NCBI RefSeq assembly: GCF_902713615.1
Contig: NC_052158.1
Location: 48,075,159 to 48,139,158 of the forward strand
From: Scyliorhinus canicula
Taxonomy: Eukaryota
DNA length: 64,000 nt
Direction of reading: 5' to 3'
Shown: positions 12,411 to 25,879 of the stretch, one piece after another
Numbering within the stretch: the stretch's first letter is position 1
How the letters are laid out: each line of letters starts with the position of its first letter
Translations under genes and position numbers: made by a program
The notes under the pieces: generated by a model
Told to the model about the DNA's origin: nothing
What the model saw: the letters and a program-made list of their open reading frames with translations, nothing else
Database searches by the model: none

Positions 12411-13202
12411 TAAGCTCTATTATAAATGAAAAAAAAGAACAAAGCAGAATCTCCAGACTGTGTTATTGAGGTCATAATGTATGTATGACTATTTTAACTA
12501 TTGCTCCTGTTTCTGTGCCACAACTGAAATAAACTATTACCCATGGGCCTGTAGTTTGCTGAAAGAATTGTTGGGCACAGCATGTAGACTGGAGTCATGA
12601 CTATAACTGATTGCTGGTGCCTGAACCCCCCATAAACAGAGTGTAATTGAAGAGCTGCTTTGAACAGGCACAGTTGGCAGAAACTCATCACTTTCTTTAT
12701 TGACCCATCTGGGGCCGTGGTCATTTCTGTCATTGGTACCATCTTCCTGGATGATGTAACCAATGTTAAAGATTGCAAAAGTTCAATTTACTTTTGACAT
12801 GCCACATTTAAAATTCCCGACACAGTCAAATTTAGCCAGATTATGCTGATTAAAGCAAGAAGGAATTTTATTAAAGCAATTTTTTTTAAAGTTGTGACCA
12901 TTTGAAACTGTTTTATCTCAGGATTTTAATCTGTTTGATTTCAAGAATGTGTGAACATGGAGAATGTCTTCACTCATTTTCCAATATTCCAACTGCTTCA
13001 ATTAATGGTGATGGTGGGAGTGGGTAGGATCTTTGTTCAGGGAGCCCAGAATCACCAGAATTCTTAGTGGGGCCTGGACAACCAACTATTACTCATGTTC
13101 CTGGAATAATCCATCTGGATTTGGACATTAAAGATCCCATGACATTACGGTGTAGAAGACAAGAGGTTATTTCTGATGTCCTGGTCAATATGGATCCAAC
13201 AA

Positions 13203-13508
13203 TCATAGAATACCGACCACAGAATCACTAAGTGCAGAAAGAGGCCATTCAGCCCATCAAATCTGCACCGAATTTCTGAAAGAGCACCCGACTTGGGGCC
13301 CACTCGCCTATCCCCTGCACATCTTTGGACCCAAAGGGGCAATTTAGCCCAGCCAGACTAGCTAACCTGCATATCTTTGGACTGTGGGAGGAAACCAAAG
13401 CGGACACGGGGAGAACATGCAAACTCCACACATACAGTCACCCAAGGCCAGAATTGAACCCAGGTCCCTGGTGCTGTGAGGCAGCAGTGCTAACCACTGT
13501 GCCACCAT
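13203..13508 (-). mobile_element. V-SINE
   Basis: Head, V domain and CR1 tail on the minus strand. Confidence 0.85.
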
Positions 13509-13934
13509 TACCAATATCACAAAAACAGATTGCAGTTTGTGGGATCTCTATGTTCTTGCAAAAAATCTAATTTGTAATTCATATGTTTTCAAATTGAACT
13601 TTTAGTTTTAGGAATTAAAAGTTTAATCATATTAATGTGAGCATCTGTTGAGAAACTGGTAATAATTCTGATGTAAATGCAATTCAAACAAATTTGGGAG
13701 TTTATTACGGTAAAAAGCTAACAGGTTTGCGGTAGCGGTATGGAAGCAGGAACAATAGCGGGTCACCTTTCAGATTATAATCTGAATATCGACCTTATAC
13801 ACTCGAGAGTAGTGGGGGCATGGAATGCACTGCCTGTGGTAGTAGTTGAGTCGGAAAATTTATGGACCTTCAAACGGCTATTGGATAGGTACTTGGATTA
13901 GGGTAGAATAAGGGAGTGTAGGTTAACTTCTTAA

Positions 13935-14222
13935 GGGCAGCACGGTAGCATTGTGGATAGCACAATTGCTTCACAGCTCCAGGGTCCCAAGTTCGATTTC
14001 GACTTGGGTCACTGTCTGTGTGGAGTCTGCACATCCTCCCCGTGACTGCGTGGGTTTCCTCCGGGTACTCCGGTTTCCTCCCACAGTCCAAAGATGTGCA
14101 GGTTGGGTGGATTGGCCATGACAAATTGTCCAAAATTCTATGATTAACCTAGGACAAAAGTTCGGCGCAACATCGTGGGCCGAAGGGCCTGTTCTGTGCT
14201 GTATTTCTCTATCTCTATCTCT
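13935..14222 (+). mobile_element. V-SINE with (CTAT)n tail, preceded by a CR1 3' fragment (~13795-13930)
   Basis: Head, V domain and tail visible. Confidence 0.85.
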
Positions 14223-15096
14223 TTACTTCAATACAGGATTTAAATTATGTCTGTTGTTTCCAAATGAAGAGAAGCTGAAAGCACCTGAGTGAACATTGGG
14301 ATTTTCTTCATGGAGCCAGAGAGTCTAGGGTGAAGACAATCACAAATTAGTATTGTTAATTATTCATGTAGGTTACAGAACTAAAGAGTTGAGTCAAAGT
14401 TATTTTATTTAATTTAGCCAAGTGTTTGCTCACAAAAAGCAGTTGCAGTTTTACTTGTGTAGACAGCACCTCTTGGATTGAGAGAGCCAATAGGAGATGA
14501 TAGTTCATCAGGCCTGCACTATAAGCAGAGAAAATATGAACTTTATTGTTCGCCATGTGGAATGCGGACCAGCCTCAAGCACAAGTTGGGATTTTGTGAG
14601 AAAAGAAGCTGGCTAGTTTGAAGTTCATAGCACATATCTACAGTGGTCCCCACAGAGTGTTGTGGCAGAAAGCAGTCGCAGGGTTAGCTTAGAAGCTGTG
14701 CAAAAGCAGTTGGGTTTCTGCCACCAACACGAATAAGGAGCTGAAGCATCCAAAATTGTGAGGCATTGAACAAAAGTTGGGGGGAGGGGGGTCCTGCAGT
14801 CAAAAAGCGAATGGAAGGAGGTTAGCGGAAACACTGAGGAGAATTAAAGAGAGTTTAGAAGGCGTGCCTTTAGCTAGGTCCCAAAAGATGTGATTGAACC
14901 TTCAAGATTCTTGTAATGTATAAGGGAACTCTTGGGGGAATAAGAAACAGAACTGAGTTGATAACTTAACATTTTAATTTATCATTATTTAGCTAACAGT
15001 GCTTGCTTTGTTTAATTCCTAATTCAATAAAGTTTGTTTTTGATTAACATGAAAACACGGGTGTTCTCATTTCTCTTCACTGTAAATGGTCCCTGC

Positions 15097-15290
15097 ACGG
15101 CACGGTGGCATAGTCGTTTGCACTGCTACCTCATGGAGCCGAGGACCAGGGTTCTATCCTGGCCCCGGATCACTGTCCATATAGAGTTTGTACGTTCTCC
15201 CTGTGCTTGGTAGGTGAATTTGCCATGCTAAATTGCCCCTTAATTGAAAAAAAAAAAGAATTGGGTACACTGAATTTATTTTAAAAAAAT
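15097..15290 (+). mobile_element. Short V-SINE variant
   Basis: GCACGGTGGCATAGT head, GCCATGCTAAATTGCCCC. Confidence 0.75.
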
Positions 15291-15789
15291 TAATGGCCCC
15301 TAACAGGATCGTCACCATGTGCGCAGATTGGCTGCCACATTTCTTACATTACAACACATAAACAGCATTTCATTAGCTGCCAGTTGCTATCTGATGCCCT
15401 CTGTTCATGAAAGTTGATGTATAAATTCAATTATTTCTTTGGGAAATGTTCTGCTTCCTGTGAACTGGGAATTCTATAAAAACTGATGGAGAAAGTATCC
15501 CAGCCACAGTGACATTGACCAATATATTGTGTACAGAACTCTTACTGTACGCTCCTGATAAATGCTGAAAAATCAGGTAGTTTGGTTTCAGTTAAAAAAG
15601 TAAATTTATTCTGAGTTACAAATCTATTCAGAAGATTGATGAAACAGCAGACAAACAACACAATATTCATCTCACAATAAACTTTGAATCAACCAAATAA
15701 ACAAAACATTTGAAAATGTCTCTGGATCTTTCCCACAACATAAAATGTATCTTTCCCAACTCTCTGCCTTTGACCCTCCATTCATGATA

Positions 15790-16640
15790 ATGCTTCTGTA
15801 GCCATCAATCTGATTTAACACAGGCCCTTTCTGCGTCTGGGGAGATGATCACCTCTGGTGGCTTCTGTGGGTGAGGACATGGTTACGTTCAGCAGACGTC
15901 TGATGTTCACCGTCAGTTGTCTGCTTTGGTAAATCCGTGATCACCTCTCGAAAACAACTCTCCAGTCGTCTTGTAAGAACTTGCTAGGACTTTTGCATGA
16001 GTGTTCAGGAGTGAGATAGGGCTGTATGACCCACACTCCACCGGATCTTTGTCTTTCTTTGGGAACAAAGAGATCGCGGTGTGTGCCAGCATAGGCGGCA
16101 GGAACCCTCTCAACAGCATGTCATTGAACATCCTCAGCAGGTGTGGGGCCAGTACTGTCGCAAACTTTTTATCGGAGTCCACTGGGAACCTATCTGGTCC
16201 TGGTGCCTTTCTGGAGTTGATGACCTCCCCTAGACCCAGCAGTGCTTCCAGTCCCTGCCCCTTCTCCTCTCCCACAGCTGGGAAGACTAGCGCATCTAGG
16301 AACTGTTCCATCTTTGACTCCCACTCCCGGGGTTCGGATGTGTACAGTCCCTGGTCGAAGGCTCCATTGTTCTCTGGAGATGTGACCACCCATCTCCCCT
16401 CGTCTCTGATCTGTGCAATCTCTTGTGTGGTTGTCTGCTTCCACAACTGGTGGGCCAGCAAGCAGCTGGCCTTGTTCCCATATTCATAGAAGATTCCCCG
16501 TATCTGGCGGAGGTGGTTCACTGCTTTTCCAGTTGAGATCAGCTCAAACTCCATTTGTAATCTTTTCCTCCACCAACAGCTCCGTGGTTGGGGCCGCGGA
16601 GTATTGCTGATCCACCTCCAGTATGGAGCCAATCAACTGC
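15790..16640 (-). mobile_element. L1-clade ORF2 fragment (pre-RT and RT start)
   Basis: YEYGNKASCLLAHQL, KAPGPDRFP, ECGSYSPISLLN. Confidence 0.88.
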
Positions 16641-16659
16641 TGTTAACTGCCCTCCCTCT

Positions 16660-17505
16660 CCCCCCAGCCCAAACTCAGTGGTGGTGTTGACGTTAAGGGT
16701 GTGGAATGAGTGCAGGCATGATTTTGAGCTGGAGGGTATTTTGTTTTGGGCGTCGATATGCGACAATCAGGTTTATGCTGGTGGGGCTGGATGTGAGGTT
16801 TTGGGAGCAGTGGCAGGTGGGGATCAAGTATTTAGAGGGGGCAAATTCGCGGGTTGGAGGAATTGTATGAGTTGCCCAAGGAGAAAGGCTTTAGTTACCT
16901 GCAGATTTCGTGAGGAAAGAGGTGCCATCCTCCGGTGCTCCAGGGTAAGCTGTTGGAGGACAAAATAGGAAAGGGGAGGGTGTCGGATATATACAAGGAA
17001 TTGAAGAGGAAAGGTACTCCAGTGAAGATCAAGCGCAAGTGGGAGGGGAAGCCTTGCAGAGAGTGAACATGTCCTCGTTATTGGGCCTCACGGTAGCATG
17101 GTGGTTAGCATCAATGCTTCACAGCTCCAGGGTCCCAGGTTCGATTCCCGGCTGGGTCACTGTCTGTGTGGAGTCTGCACGTCCTCCCCGTTTGTGCGTG
17201 GGTTTCCTCCGGGTGCTCCGGTTTCCTCCCACAGTCCAAAGATGTGCGGGTTAGGTGGATTGGCCATGCTAAATTGCCCGTAGTGTAAGGTTAATGGGGG
17301 GGATTGTTGGATTACGGGTACACGGGTTACGTGGGTTTAAGTAGGGTGATCATTGCTCGGCACAACATCGAGGGCCGAAGGGTCTGTTCTGTGCTGTACT
17401 GTTCTATGTTATGTGTGAGGTTAAGCTTCATCCAGTTTAAAGTGCATAAAGCCCACATGATGGTGGCAAAAATGAGCAGATTCTTTGCGAGGGTGGAAGA
17501 ATTAC
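16660..17505 (+). mobile_element. L1-clade ORF2 3' fragment, with an HE1 SINE at 17082-17412
   Basis: SPNSVVVLTLRVWN...; LSFIQFKVHKAHM. Confidence 0.75.
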
Positions 17506-18294
17506 TTGCTCTGGCCCCATCCCTCCCTTCTAAACTCTTGTGACCCTTTCTTCTGTGTCCCCCTACCCCCTCTCCCTTGCATGTGCTGATCCCACCACCG
17601 TACATCATCAGTACCTTGGATGTTGTGGGTCTTCCTCTTCTGATCTGCTGCCAAACACATCCGAGGCTACACACTCCACACTGATGGTGTCAGTTTGAAA
17701 GCCTCCGAGGATGAAGAATGCTATTCCCACACTAGAAATCTCTGTCAAACATTTACCCGGAGAACTGAGGCAGCAGCTGCAACAAGTGAGGTTTTATTCA
17801 GAAGGGACAATGACAAGTTTAAATCCCCACCTGATCTGCTGCTCAAAGTCACCTCCGTTTCACCCGGCAGTTTCCCAAACTTCAGGAAACTCTTTACTCC
17901 AGAGATAGTTACAATAATTTGAATGTTAAACAATGTTCCATGTGGTGTGTAAAGTGGTTACTGCCTCAAATATCTATTTACGAATGATGATATCGGAGGT
18001 CACATGAATATGGGATTCACAGTATCCAAAGGGATTTGTCCAAACATCCCCTTTTTGTTTACCTGTTATTCCACATATAGTCCAGAAAGAAAATGATCAC
18101 ACTTGCACAAAAAAAATCAGTTCTCTTTAGTCTGTTCCAATTTTGTCTGTCCCAACACACACATTGCAAACATAACCCTCAGCGTTCAGATCTTCGCTTA
18201 AAAATTAAATCTCTGCAAATGATGTAACATCCCATGTAAACACTTTGCGGCAGATAGAAATGGTTTGAGAAAGATGCCTTGAGTTGATTTGTGA

Positions 18295-21200
18295 TGTTCC
18301 GATACCCTGGGATAGTGCATGGGAGATTCCATCCCCACAGACCCCCGAGTCCCAACACAAGTGAATTAATTCATATAATGTTTGCAGAATCTTTGGTCTC
18401 TTGACTGCTCAATAAGTTACAGCCACCAGGTTTGTAAGTTGAACACAATAACTTTTATTTATAACAGAAACAAAGTTGAAATATACAATTATAATGGAAT
18501 AACGGCTAGCTAATCCACTATCGCCATCTCACCCTCGACCCAAACACACTCAAGACAGACACACAGAGGGAGGGTAAAAATAATAGGAATTCAAATGAAA
18601 GAGGAGTGTCCATGCTTCCGATGTCGAGGTTGTTGTAGCAGCCTGTCCCCCAGGCTGCTTAAGGACCAAAGGCACCAGTGTATGATTAGAGATGATGGCA
18701 TTCGGTCAGTACCCTAAGACAATTAGTTTTCCTCTGGAGAGACACTAACTTTTACCAACCTGGGCCTTCGCTCAAAGAAACAGCCTCAGGCCTGTTTAAT
18801 ATTTACTTGTTTCAAGCTCCACCAGACTGACCAACAGCTTTACTGAGATAAGATTAGGGTTTCCGACCCAAGTTTTTTTTCTTTTTTTTATAAATGTAGA
18901 TTACCCAATTCTTTTTTTCCCAATAAAGGGTAATTTAGTGTGGCCAATTCACCTATCCTGCACATCTTTTTGGGTTGCGGGAGTGAGACCCATGCAGCCA
19001 CGAGAAGAATGTGCAAAGTCCAAACAGACACTGACCAGGGGCCGGAATCGAACCTGGGTCCACATCGCCATGAGGCATTAGTGCTAACCACTGTACCACT
19101 GTGCTGCCTACCCACACAAGATTTTGAATAAGTTTTAAACAACTGGCCCTGCTTTCAATGGTAGCTGGACTGGATTTTCTTGTAATTCAGTCTGGAGAGA
19201 GAAAGGTCTTTCCTTTGTATTTTCAGAAAGAACACATTAGATGAGAGATCAAGGCTGTGACCCTACTGCTTCTGACCAAAATGAAAGTAAAGTCTGGGGC
19301 TGGATTCTCCACAGCCCCCACGCCGAAATCGCAGCCGGCACTGGGGCGCAAAATCCACTTTCACGCCATAAAGGGTCCTGAAAACCGGAGTGACCGTGGA
19401 GTACGCCGCGCTGCCAGGGGGCCATTGCCAGAGGACGCCCAGTAATCCTCTGCTCCCTACTGGCTGAGTTCCCGACGGCGGGGCCCGTATCCACAGCTAA
19501 AGCTGCAAGATTTACTCCGGGTCCCTGCTAGCACCTAACAGTTGAATTAGTTCAACTTTTTCATAGGAATTTCGGGAGTAAAACTCCACTGTTTTGACGT
19601 GGGGACATAGTCTCATTTTGGGAGAATCCAGCCCCTGGTCTCTCGAAGGAACATTCCAGAGACAACAGAACCAAACACTGCCTGTCCTCGAGAAGAACCT
19701 GGCTTTTGGGTATAGCTCATTGGCCACCAGCCAAGCCAGTCAGTTCAGGTCATCACAGGTCAGACCCAACAGCAATCCTGCTGGAGTTCCCATTTTTAAA
19801 ATTAATGACCCTCTTTTGGTCTGAAAGGCATTCATCACCCATGGACAAAAAAATGGCAATAGCAAAAAGATTAATCCAAATAAAAAGGAGGAAAACGGAA
19901 CAGACAGTGATTAAACAGGAGAATCCTTACATACCTCGCTCCCAAAACGAATGAAACTTCTGGGCACGGACATTTCATTCTGAGGTATGTGAGGCATACA
20001 TCACCCACACAAACCTACCAAAACCAGCCACATTTGACAAGTCCCTTTCCTCATTTCTACATTTGTAATGAGTCAGCTTTCATACACATGACAAAGTATT
20101 TACAAACACATTATCTTTTCCAGGATTATGTACAGTTTTAACAACAAACGGTTACAATAATAAACTCCAATAGAATAATCTTCTGCTCCAGGTATTAAAT
20201 GTCTCTACAAAGGCAAATTGAAAATGGTTTGGAAAAGTCCAGAGCAGCTGGCACTGATTCATCTCCAACAAGGTCGCCAACCTCCCAAACTCTGTCATTC
20301 TGTGGACTGCAGTGGTTTGTTTGCTTCTGCAACATGTCCAACACGCATTGTTCCTCAGTCTCTAAACAAACCAGTCTCTCTGGTTTCAGTCAGGATGGGT
20401 GTGGCTTTAGTGGTTCAAAGTTTTGCATATCCACACCATGAGTAGTTAACAGAGTACCCCGTGGTGTTTCCCTACAAATCTGTCTATGCTCCTTCAGTAC
20501 CTTGACTATATCAGTCTCCTTCTGTCCGTCTTATAATACTGTCAGTCTTTCCTGATTATCCAATTAACGTCTAATCAAATTTTGAGGATCTCCTGCAACT
20601 AAACTATGAGTAGGACTGTCTACGCGGAGAGGAATATTGGGTTCATTTTTAACCAATAAACTCTTTTCAACCACCCTAGCTTTAAATTCTCCCTTCGCCT
20701 TCACATGGCTACCTTCAACAAGTGCAGCTGAGGGTTCAATCCTCTGACTTGAAATGCACTATTCCTTGGGTGACAACCTTTACCTCCTCATCAGCTTTCC
20801 GAATCACAACCTTTATCTCCAATTGGTAATACAGACTGACATGATCTGTGCTTTCCAGTTTTCAATTTCGCTTTTCTACTTTCAGAAATCAAAGAATGGC
20901 ACTCTATGAAGTTTTTTTGCTAACTGGGGTTGCAGAACCACTACAGGGTTCTCCATCCATCTTCCCCTTCACTCTCGAAAGGAAGTGATTGCTAATTACT
21001 TCACCTCCCTTGCTGCTGCTTCTTTTACCTCGAAGAGACACTGTAGACCTTCAAAAGGATGTGGGTTAACCAGCCGCTTACTTGGTATCACTTCAGAGTC
21101 CTTACTGTCCTCATCCGGACGAACTGATGCACTGCTGTCAAGTACATTTTCCGTCAAAGCATGTCTGCTCTGGGAAATTCTTTCACCTCATGGGAATTGC

Positions 21201-24200
21201 AACGGGTTTGTTGCAAGAGGCTGTAACAAGTAACCTTTAGAAAGGTCCAATTGTGGGCAGCACGATTGCACAGTGATTAGCATTGCTGCCTCACGGCGCC
21301 GAGGTCCCAGGTTTGATTCCAGCTCTGGGTCACTGTCCGTGTGGCATTTGCACATTCTCACCGTGTTTGCGTGGGTTTCGCCCCAACAACCCAAAGATGT
21401 GTAGGCTAGGTGGATTGGCCACGCTAAATTGCCCCTTAATTGGAAAAAACGAATTGGGTACTCTAAATTTATATAAAAAAAAGAAAGGTACAATTCATTT
21501 TCTTCTTCCAGATTGCTATCTCCTTTACTAGCTTTAGAAGAATTGTTAGTGAATTGTTCAAAGATCAATTAGTGATGGTCTATTCGGAAACAACTATTTA
21601 TCTTCGCTTCATAATTAGAACCAAAATCAAAGTCAAAATTCTCACCTGACTCCTGCTCCCTGCTCCTCTTGTTGCAGCTGTTTACCAGAGTGTTGTAACT
21701 ATTTACAGTTGCCTCATTATCAAACCCAAAATAGAAGTGGGGACTTTTGTCTGACCCTTCATCCTTATGGCCACCGTCAGTCGAAGAGTGCTCAGAATCC
21801 AGTTCACGACCACGTGATCAACAGCTGCTGACATCTCTTTCTTTGAGTTATCCACTGCCCAAGGAGTTTTCCTAACTCCCACATGCCCTATCGTTAGCAT
21901 CTCAGGTGCTAACTGCAGTGTTTACTCCATGTAATCATGGGCAAAGCTACAACCTTTACTTCTGCTAAATCATTCCCAAAATGTTAGTCCACTCCTTCCA
22001 CTGGAAATTCCTTAACCACTCCAACAACTACTGGGCCTGACACTAAATCACACTCCAATTGCATTTATACATGGAACTGGGATACAACTTCCATTCACGA
22101 ATACCTCAGCTTTTACTGAGCTCTCTAGAGAGAAAACCAAATTCTTTCCCAGCGCAAGACTTTGTGTGGCCCCTGCGTCCCTTCAGATTGTTATAGGTTT
22201 GGCTACATCAGTTGAGGAAAATGGGGTGACCGTCTCCTTCGACATAAAACCAGCATAGCAGTGTTTACCCCAGGTCTCCGAAAGTCCAGTTGATGCTACA
22301 GTTTGTGCTGTAGTATTCTCCACTTTTGTTCTCTTTTCAGAATCCTCCTTCCAAACTCCCACAACTCCCTTGGGCTTTCCTTGAAACGTCCAACTTGCTG
22401 AATGAACGTATCTCACTTTATTACAATGGTAACACCAAGGCTTCCAAGTCTCACCTCCAGCCTCAGTACCTTCCTTTCTGATCTGAGCAGATCATCTCTG
22501 AGCCTTCCCAGCTATCCATTCTTTACCCTGGCTACCTGCCTTCCTCCCATTCCCTATCTTTTCAAAATAATGAGGGTGAAGGAACAGAGGTTTAGATTTA
22601 TGAATTAGCTCATCATCGTCAGCCATAATTGCTGCTTGCCGAGTAGATTGCACCCTCTGGTCTTCAACATGGGCTCTTATTATAGAAGGTAAGGAATTCT
22701 TAAACTCCTCTAAGAGAATGACCTCTCACAGGTAGTTTCAATCCCCAATGCTCACATCCATCTCTTAAAATTGTTCTGCTTAACCCTTTCAAATTCTGCA
22801 TAAGTGTGCCCCGGTTGTCTCCTAAAATTCCAAACCTTTTGCCGATATGCTTCTGGAACCAATAGTAGGCATCCTAAAAAGCCTTTTTCACCTTCTCATA
22901 ATCCTTAGACTCCTGCTTTGACAAGACAGCATAAACTTCCTATTCTTGTCCCATCAATTTACTCTGCAGCAGTAATGTCCACTTTGTTTCTGGCCACTTC
23001 ATTTGGGTTGCTATTTTCTCAAAAGCCCAAAAGAACGTTTCTACTTTTCTTCACTTCGAATTTTTGGAGAGCCTGTATAAATTTAAACATATTACCACTG
23101 GGTTCCATTCTAGGATTAAGCACCGCTTGACTTTCTGACAGCTCTCCACCCATTACTTACATAGATACACAGAACATACAGTGCAAAGGAGGCCATTCGG
23201 CCCATCGAGTCTGCACCGACCCACTTAAGCCCTCACTTCCACCCTATCCCCGTAACCCAATAACCCCACCTAATCTTTTTGGACACTAAGGGGCAATTTA
23301 GCATGGCCAATCCACCTAACCTGCACGTCTTTGGACTGTGGGAGGAAACCGGAGCACCTGGAGGAAACCCACGCAGACAAGGGGAGGATGTGCAGACTCC
23401 GCACAGACAGTGATCCAGCGGGGAATCGAACCTGGGACTCTGGTGCTGTGAAGCCAGTGCTATCCACTTGTGCGACCATGCTGCCCATTAAGCTGGAAGT
23501 CTTTCTCAAATTACAACTTCCTCATTTCCATCTCCATTTTTTTTCTTTTTTATCCTCTTTCCTCACTCTTTTTCTTTCCTCATTCCTTATTTCCATTGAT
23601 GCCTTTTGCTTCATCTCCATTTCTTCCTGCTGTTGCTGCGTGCCCAATTGTTTCATTTGTAACTGGATTTCAGCCAATTCTGCTGACTGTTGATCTGCCC
23701 TAGACTGTATTTCTTGCATTTCCTTCAAACGTAAATGCTGAGCAAGCATCTCCGCCTTCTTAGCTCTACATCATCTTCCAACTTGACAAGCTTGTCTTTG
23801 CTAAGCCCTACTAAATAAACCAGAATTAAGTCTTCCACCTGAAGAAAAGGCTTAACAGCTTGAGGAGCCATCCTGTTATATCACTATGAGTCTGGGGTCT
23901 CTTTTCAATGTACATTGTAACCCAAATTCACTATCTAAGTTCCAAGATCCCGGCCGGGCCCCGAATTTATGTTCCAGCACCTTGGTCTGGGGTGTGGTTG
24001 ATTCCCGCCCCACAGAGCCTGGAGTCCCAATACAAGTTAATTAACCAATAATTTGTACAAAGTTTGCAGAATCTTTGGCTCCATGTCTGTTCAATATGCT
24101 ATAGCCACCAGGTTTGTAAGTTGAACACAATAACTGTTTATAGCAGAAACAAAGCTGAAATACCGCAATAATTATAACAGAATAATGGCAAACTAATCTA

Positions 24201-25270
24201 TCACTCCGCTTCTACCGTCCCACCCTCTACTCAAACATTCTCAAGACACACACACACAAACAGAGAGGGAGGGGGAAGGGAAAAATAATAGGAATTAAAA
24301 TGAAATGGAAGGTGTGTCCTTGGTTCAGATACCGAGGTCACTGCAGCAGGCTGTCCTCCCAAGTTACTTTGGGATCAAAGCCACCGGTGTATGATTAGAG
24401 ATAATCGCATTCAGTCAGGACTCCAAGACAATAGATTTTCCTCTGGAGACACTTGGATTTTTACCAACCTGGGCTTTCACTCAAAAGGAACAGCCTCAGG
24501 CCTGGTTATTTTTTACCTATTTCCAACGCCACCAGAATGACTAATAATCCTACAGAGAGAAGAAGGGTTTCCCATGTGATAATTTAAACACATTTTGAAC
24601 AACTGGTCCTGCCTTCAGCTGGTGGCTGGACTGGATTTCCTTCCAATTCAATCTGGCTCTGGGGAGAGGAAGGTCTTTACTTTGGATCTTCAGGAAGAAT
24701 CCATTGGATATGAGAGAGATCAGGGCTGCGGCCCTACTGCTTCTGGCCAAAATGAAAATAGAATCTGGTCTCCCGAAGCAACATTCCAGAGACAGCAGAA
24801 CCAATCACTTCTTGTCTCGAGAACAACCCGGCTTTTGGAAATAGCTCATTGGCCACTGACCAAGCCAGTCAGACCAGGTTATCACTGATGTCAGACCAAG
24901 CATCACAACCTGCTGGAATGTCCTGTTTTTAAATTAAAGGTGGTGCAGTGGTTAAGTACTGCTGCATCATGGTTCCACGGTCTCGGGTTCACTCCCGGCC
25001 CCGGGTCACTGTCCATGTGGAGTTTGCACATTCCTCCCATGGTGGGTCTCATTCCCACAACTCAAAGGTGTGCAGAAAGTGTATTAGCCATACTAAACTT
25101 GCCCAATAATTGGGGGGGGGGGGGGGGGGGAATTATTAATTTGAAGGTAAGTTGCTTGGCCTTAAAAGGCATTACTCACCCATGGACAGAAAATGGCAAC
25201 AGCGAAAAGGTTAACGCAAATTAAAAGGAGGAAAGCAGAGCAGACAGGATTAAACAGGAGGATCTTTACA
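18295..25270 (-). mobile_element. Gmr1-like Gypsy LTR element, internally deleted: 5' LTR 23970-25270, tRNA-Pro-like PBS ~23947-23964, gag-protease-start of integrase, PPT, 3' LTR 18295-19931
   Basis: Paired LTRs; TSD GTGA/GTGG; gag DYEKVKKA..AY.LVPEAYRQK; protease RDAGATQS; GHVGVRKT; SINEs at ~18873-19108, 21254-21482, 23163-23486, 24938-25130. Confidence 0.85.
19297..19634. mobile_element. Harbinger/PIF-type MITE
   Basis: 14-bp TIR GGGCTGGATTCTCC, 3-bp TSD CTG; empty site present in the sister LTR (~24765). Confidence 0.85.
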
Positions 25271-25280
25271 GTGGTCAGAC

Positions 25281-25508
25281 GCAGGCAGCACGGTGGCACA
25301 GTGGTTATCACTGCTGCCTCACGGCACTGAGGTCCCAGGTTCGATCCCGGCGCTGGGTCACTGTCCGTGTGGAGTTTACACATTCTCCCTTCGTTTGCGT
25401 GGGTTTCACCTCCACAACCCAAAGATGTGCAGCGTAGGTGGATTGGCTCACTAAGTTGCCTCTTAATTGGAAAAAATGGATTGGGCACTCGAAATGTTTT
25501 TAAAAACG
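25281..25508 (+). mobile_element. Short V-SINE with 10-bp TSD GTGGTCAGAC
   Basis: TSD at 25271-25280 and 25509-25518. Confidence 0.88.
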
Positions 25509-25870
25509 GTGGTCAGACTCTACTCTCTCTCCCAAAGAGACACTAAGTGAAATGTTCACAAACAAAAACAATAACCAGGAACTCTTTCTCAATCTGTACA
25601 TAGCATAGTTCAGTTTGTGTTAATGCTCTGGATACAAACACAACTGGTTGTCCTCGCTGCATGATGGTTGTTTCAAGTCCTGTTTCACTGGCATCTCACT
25701 GCAGTGATTTCATCATTGACATCAGAATACCTCAGCACTTGCATTGTCGTCACTAGTTGTTTTGATTTGAGTGAAAGCTGCTTCTTGTTCTGTGTCCCAA
25801 CACCACTGAACATTCTTTACAAAGAACATGTGTAGAAATTCACACTCTGATGACAGATTTGGCAAGAACT
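25509..25870 (-). mobile_element. Gypsy RNase H remnant abutting the ZNF B 3' end (continues at ~18190-18294)
   Basis: EQEAAFTQIKQLVT...SRALTQTE..Y.QIEKE...SDH; paralogous to 9710-10340. Confidence 0.82.
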
Positions 25871-25879
25871 TGAAGAGGC

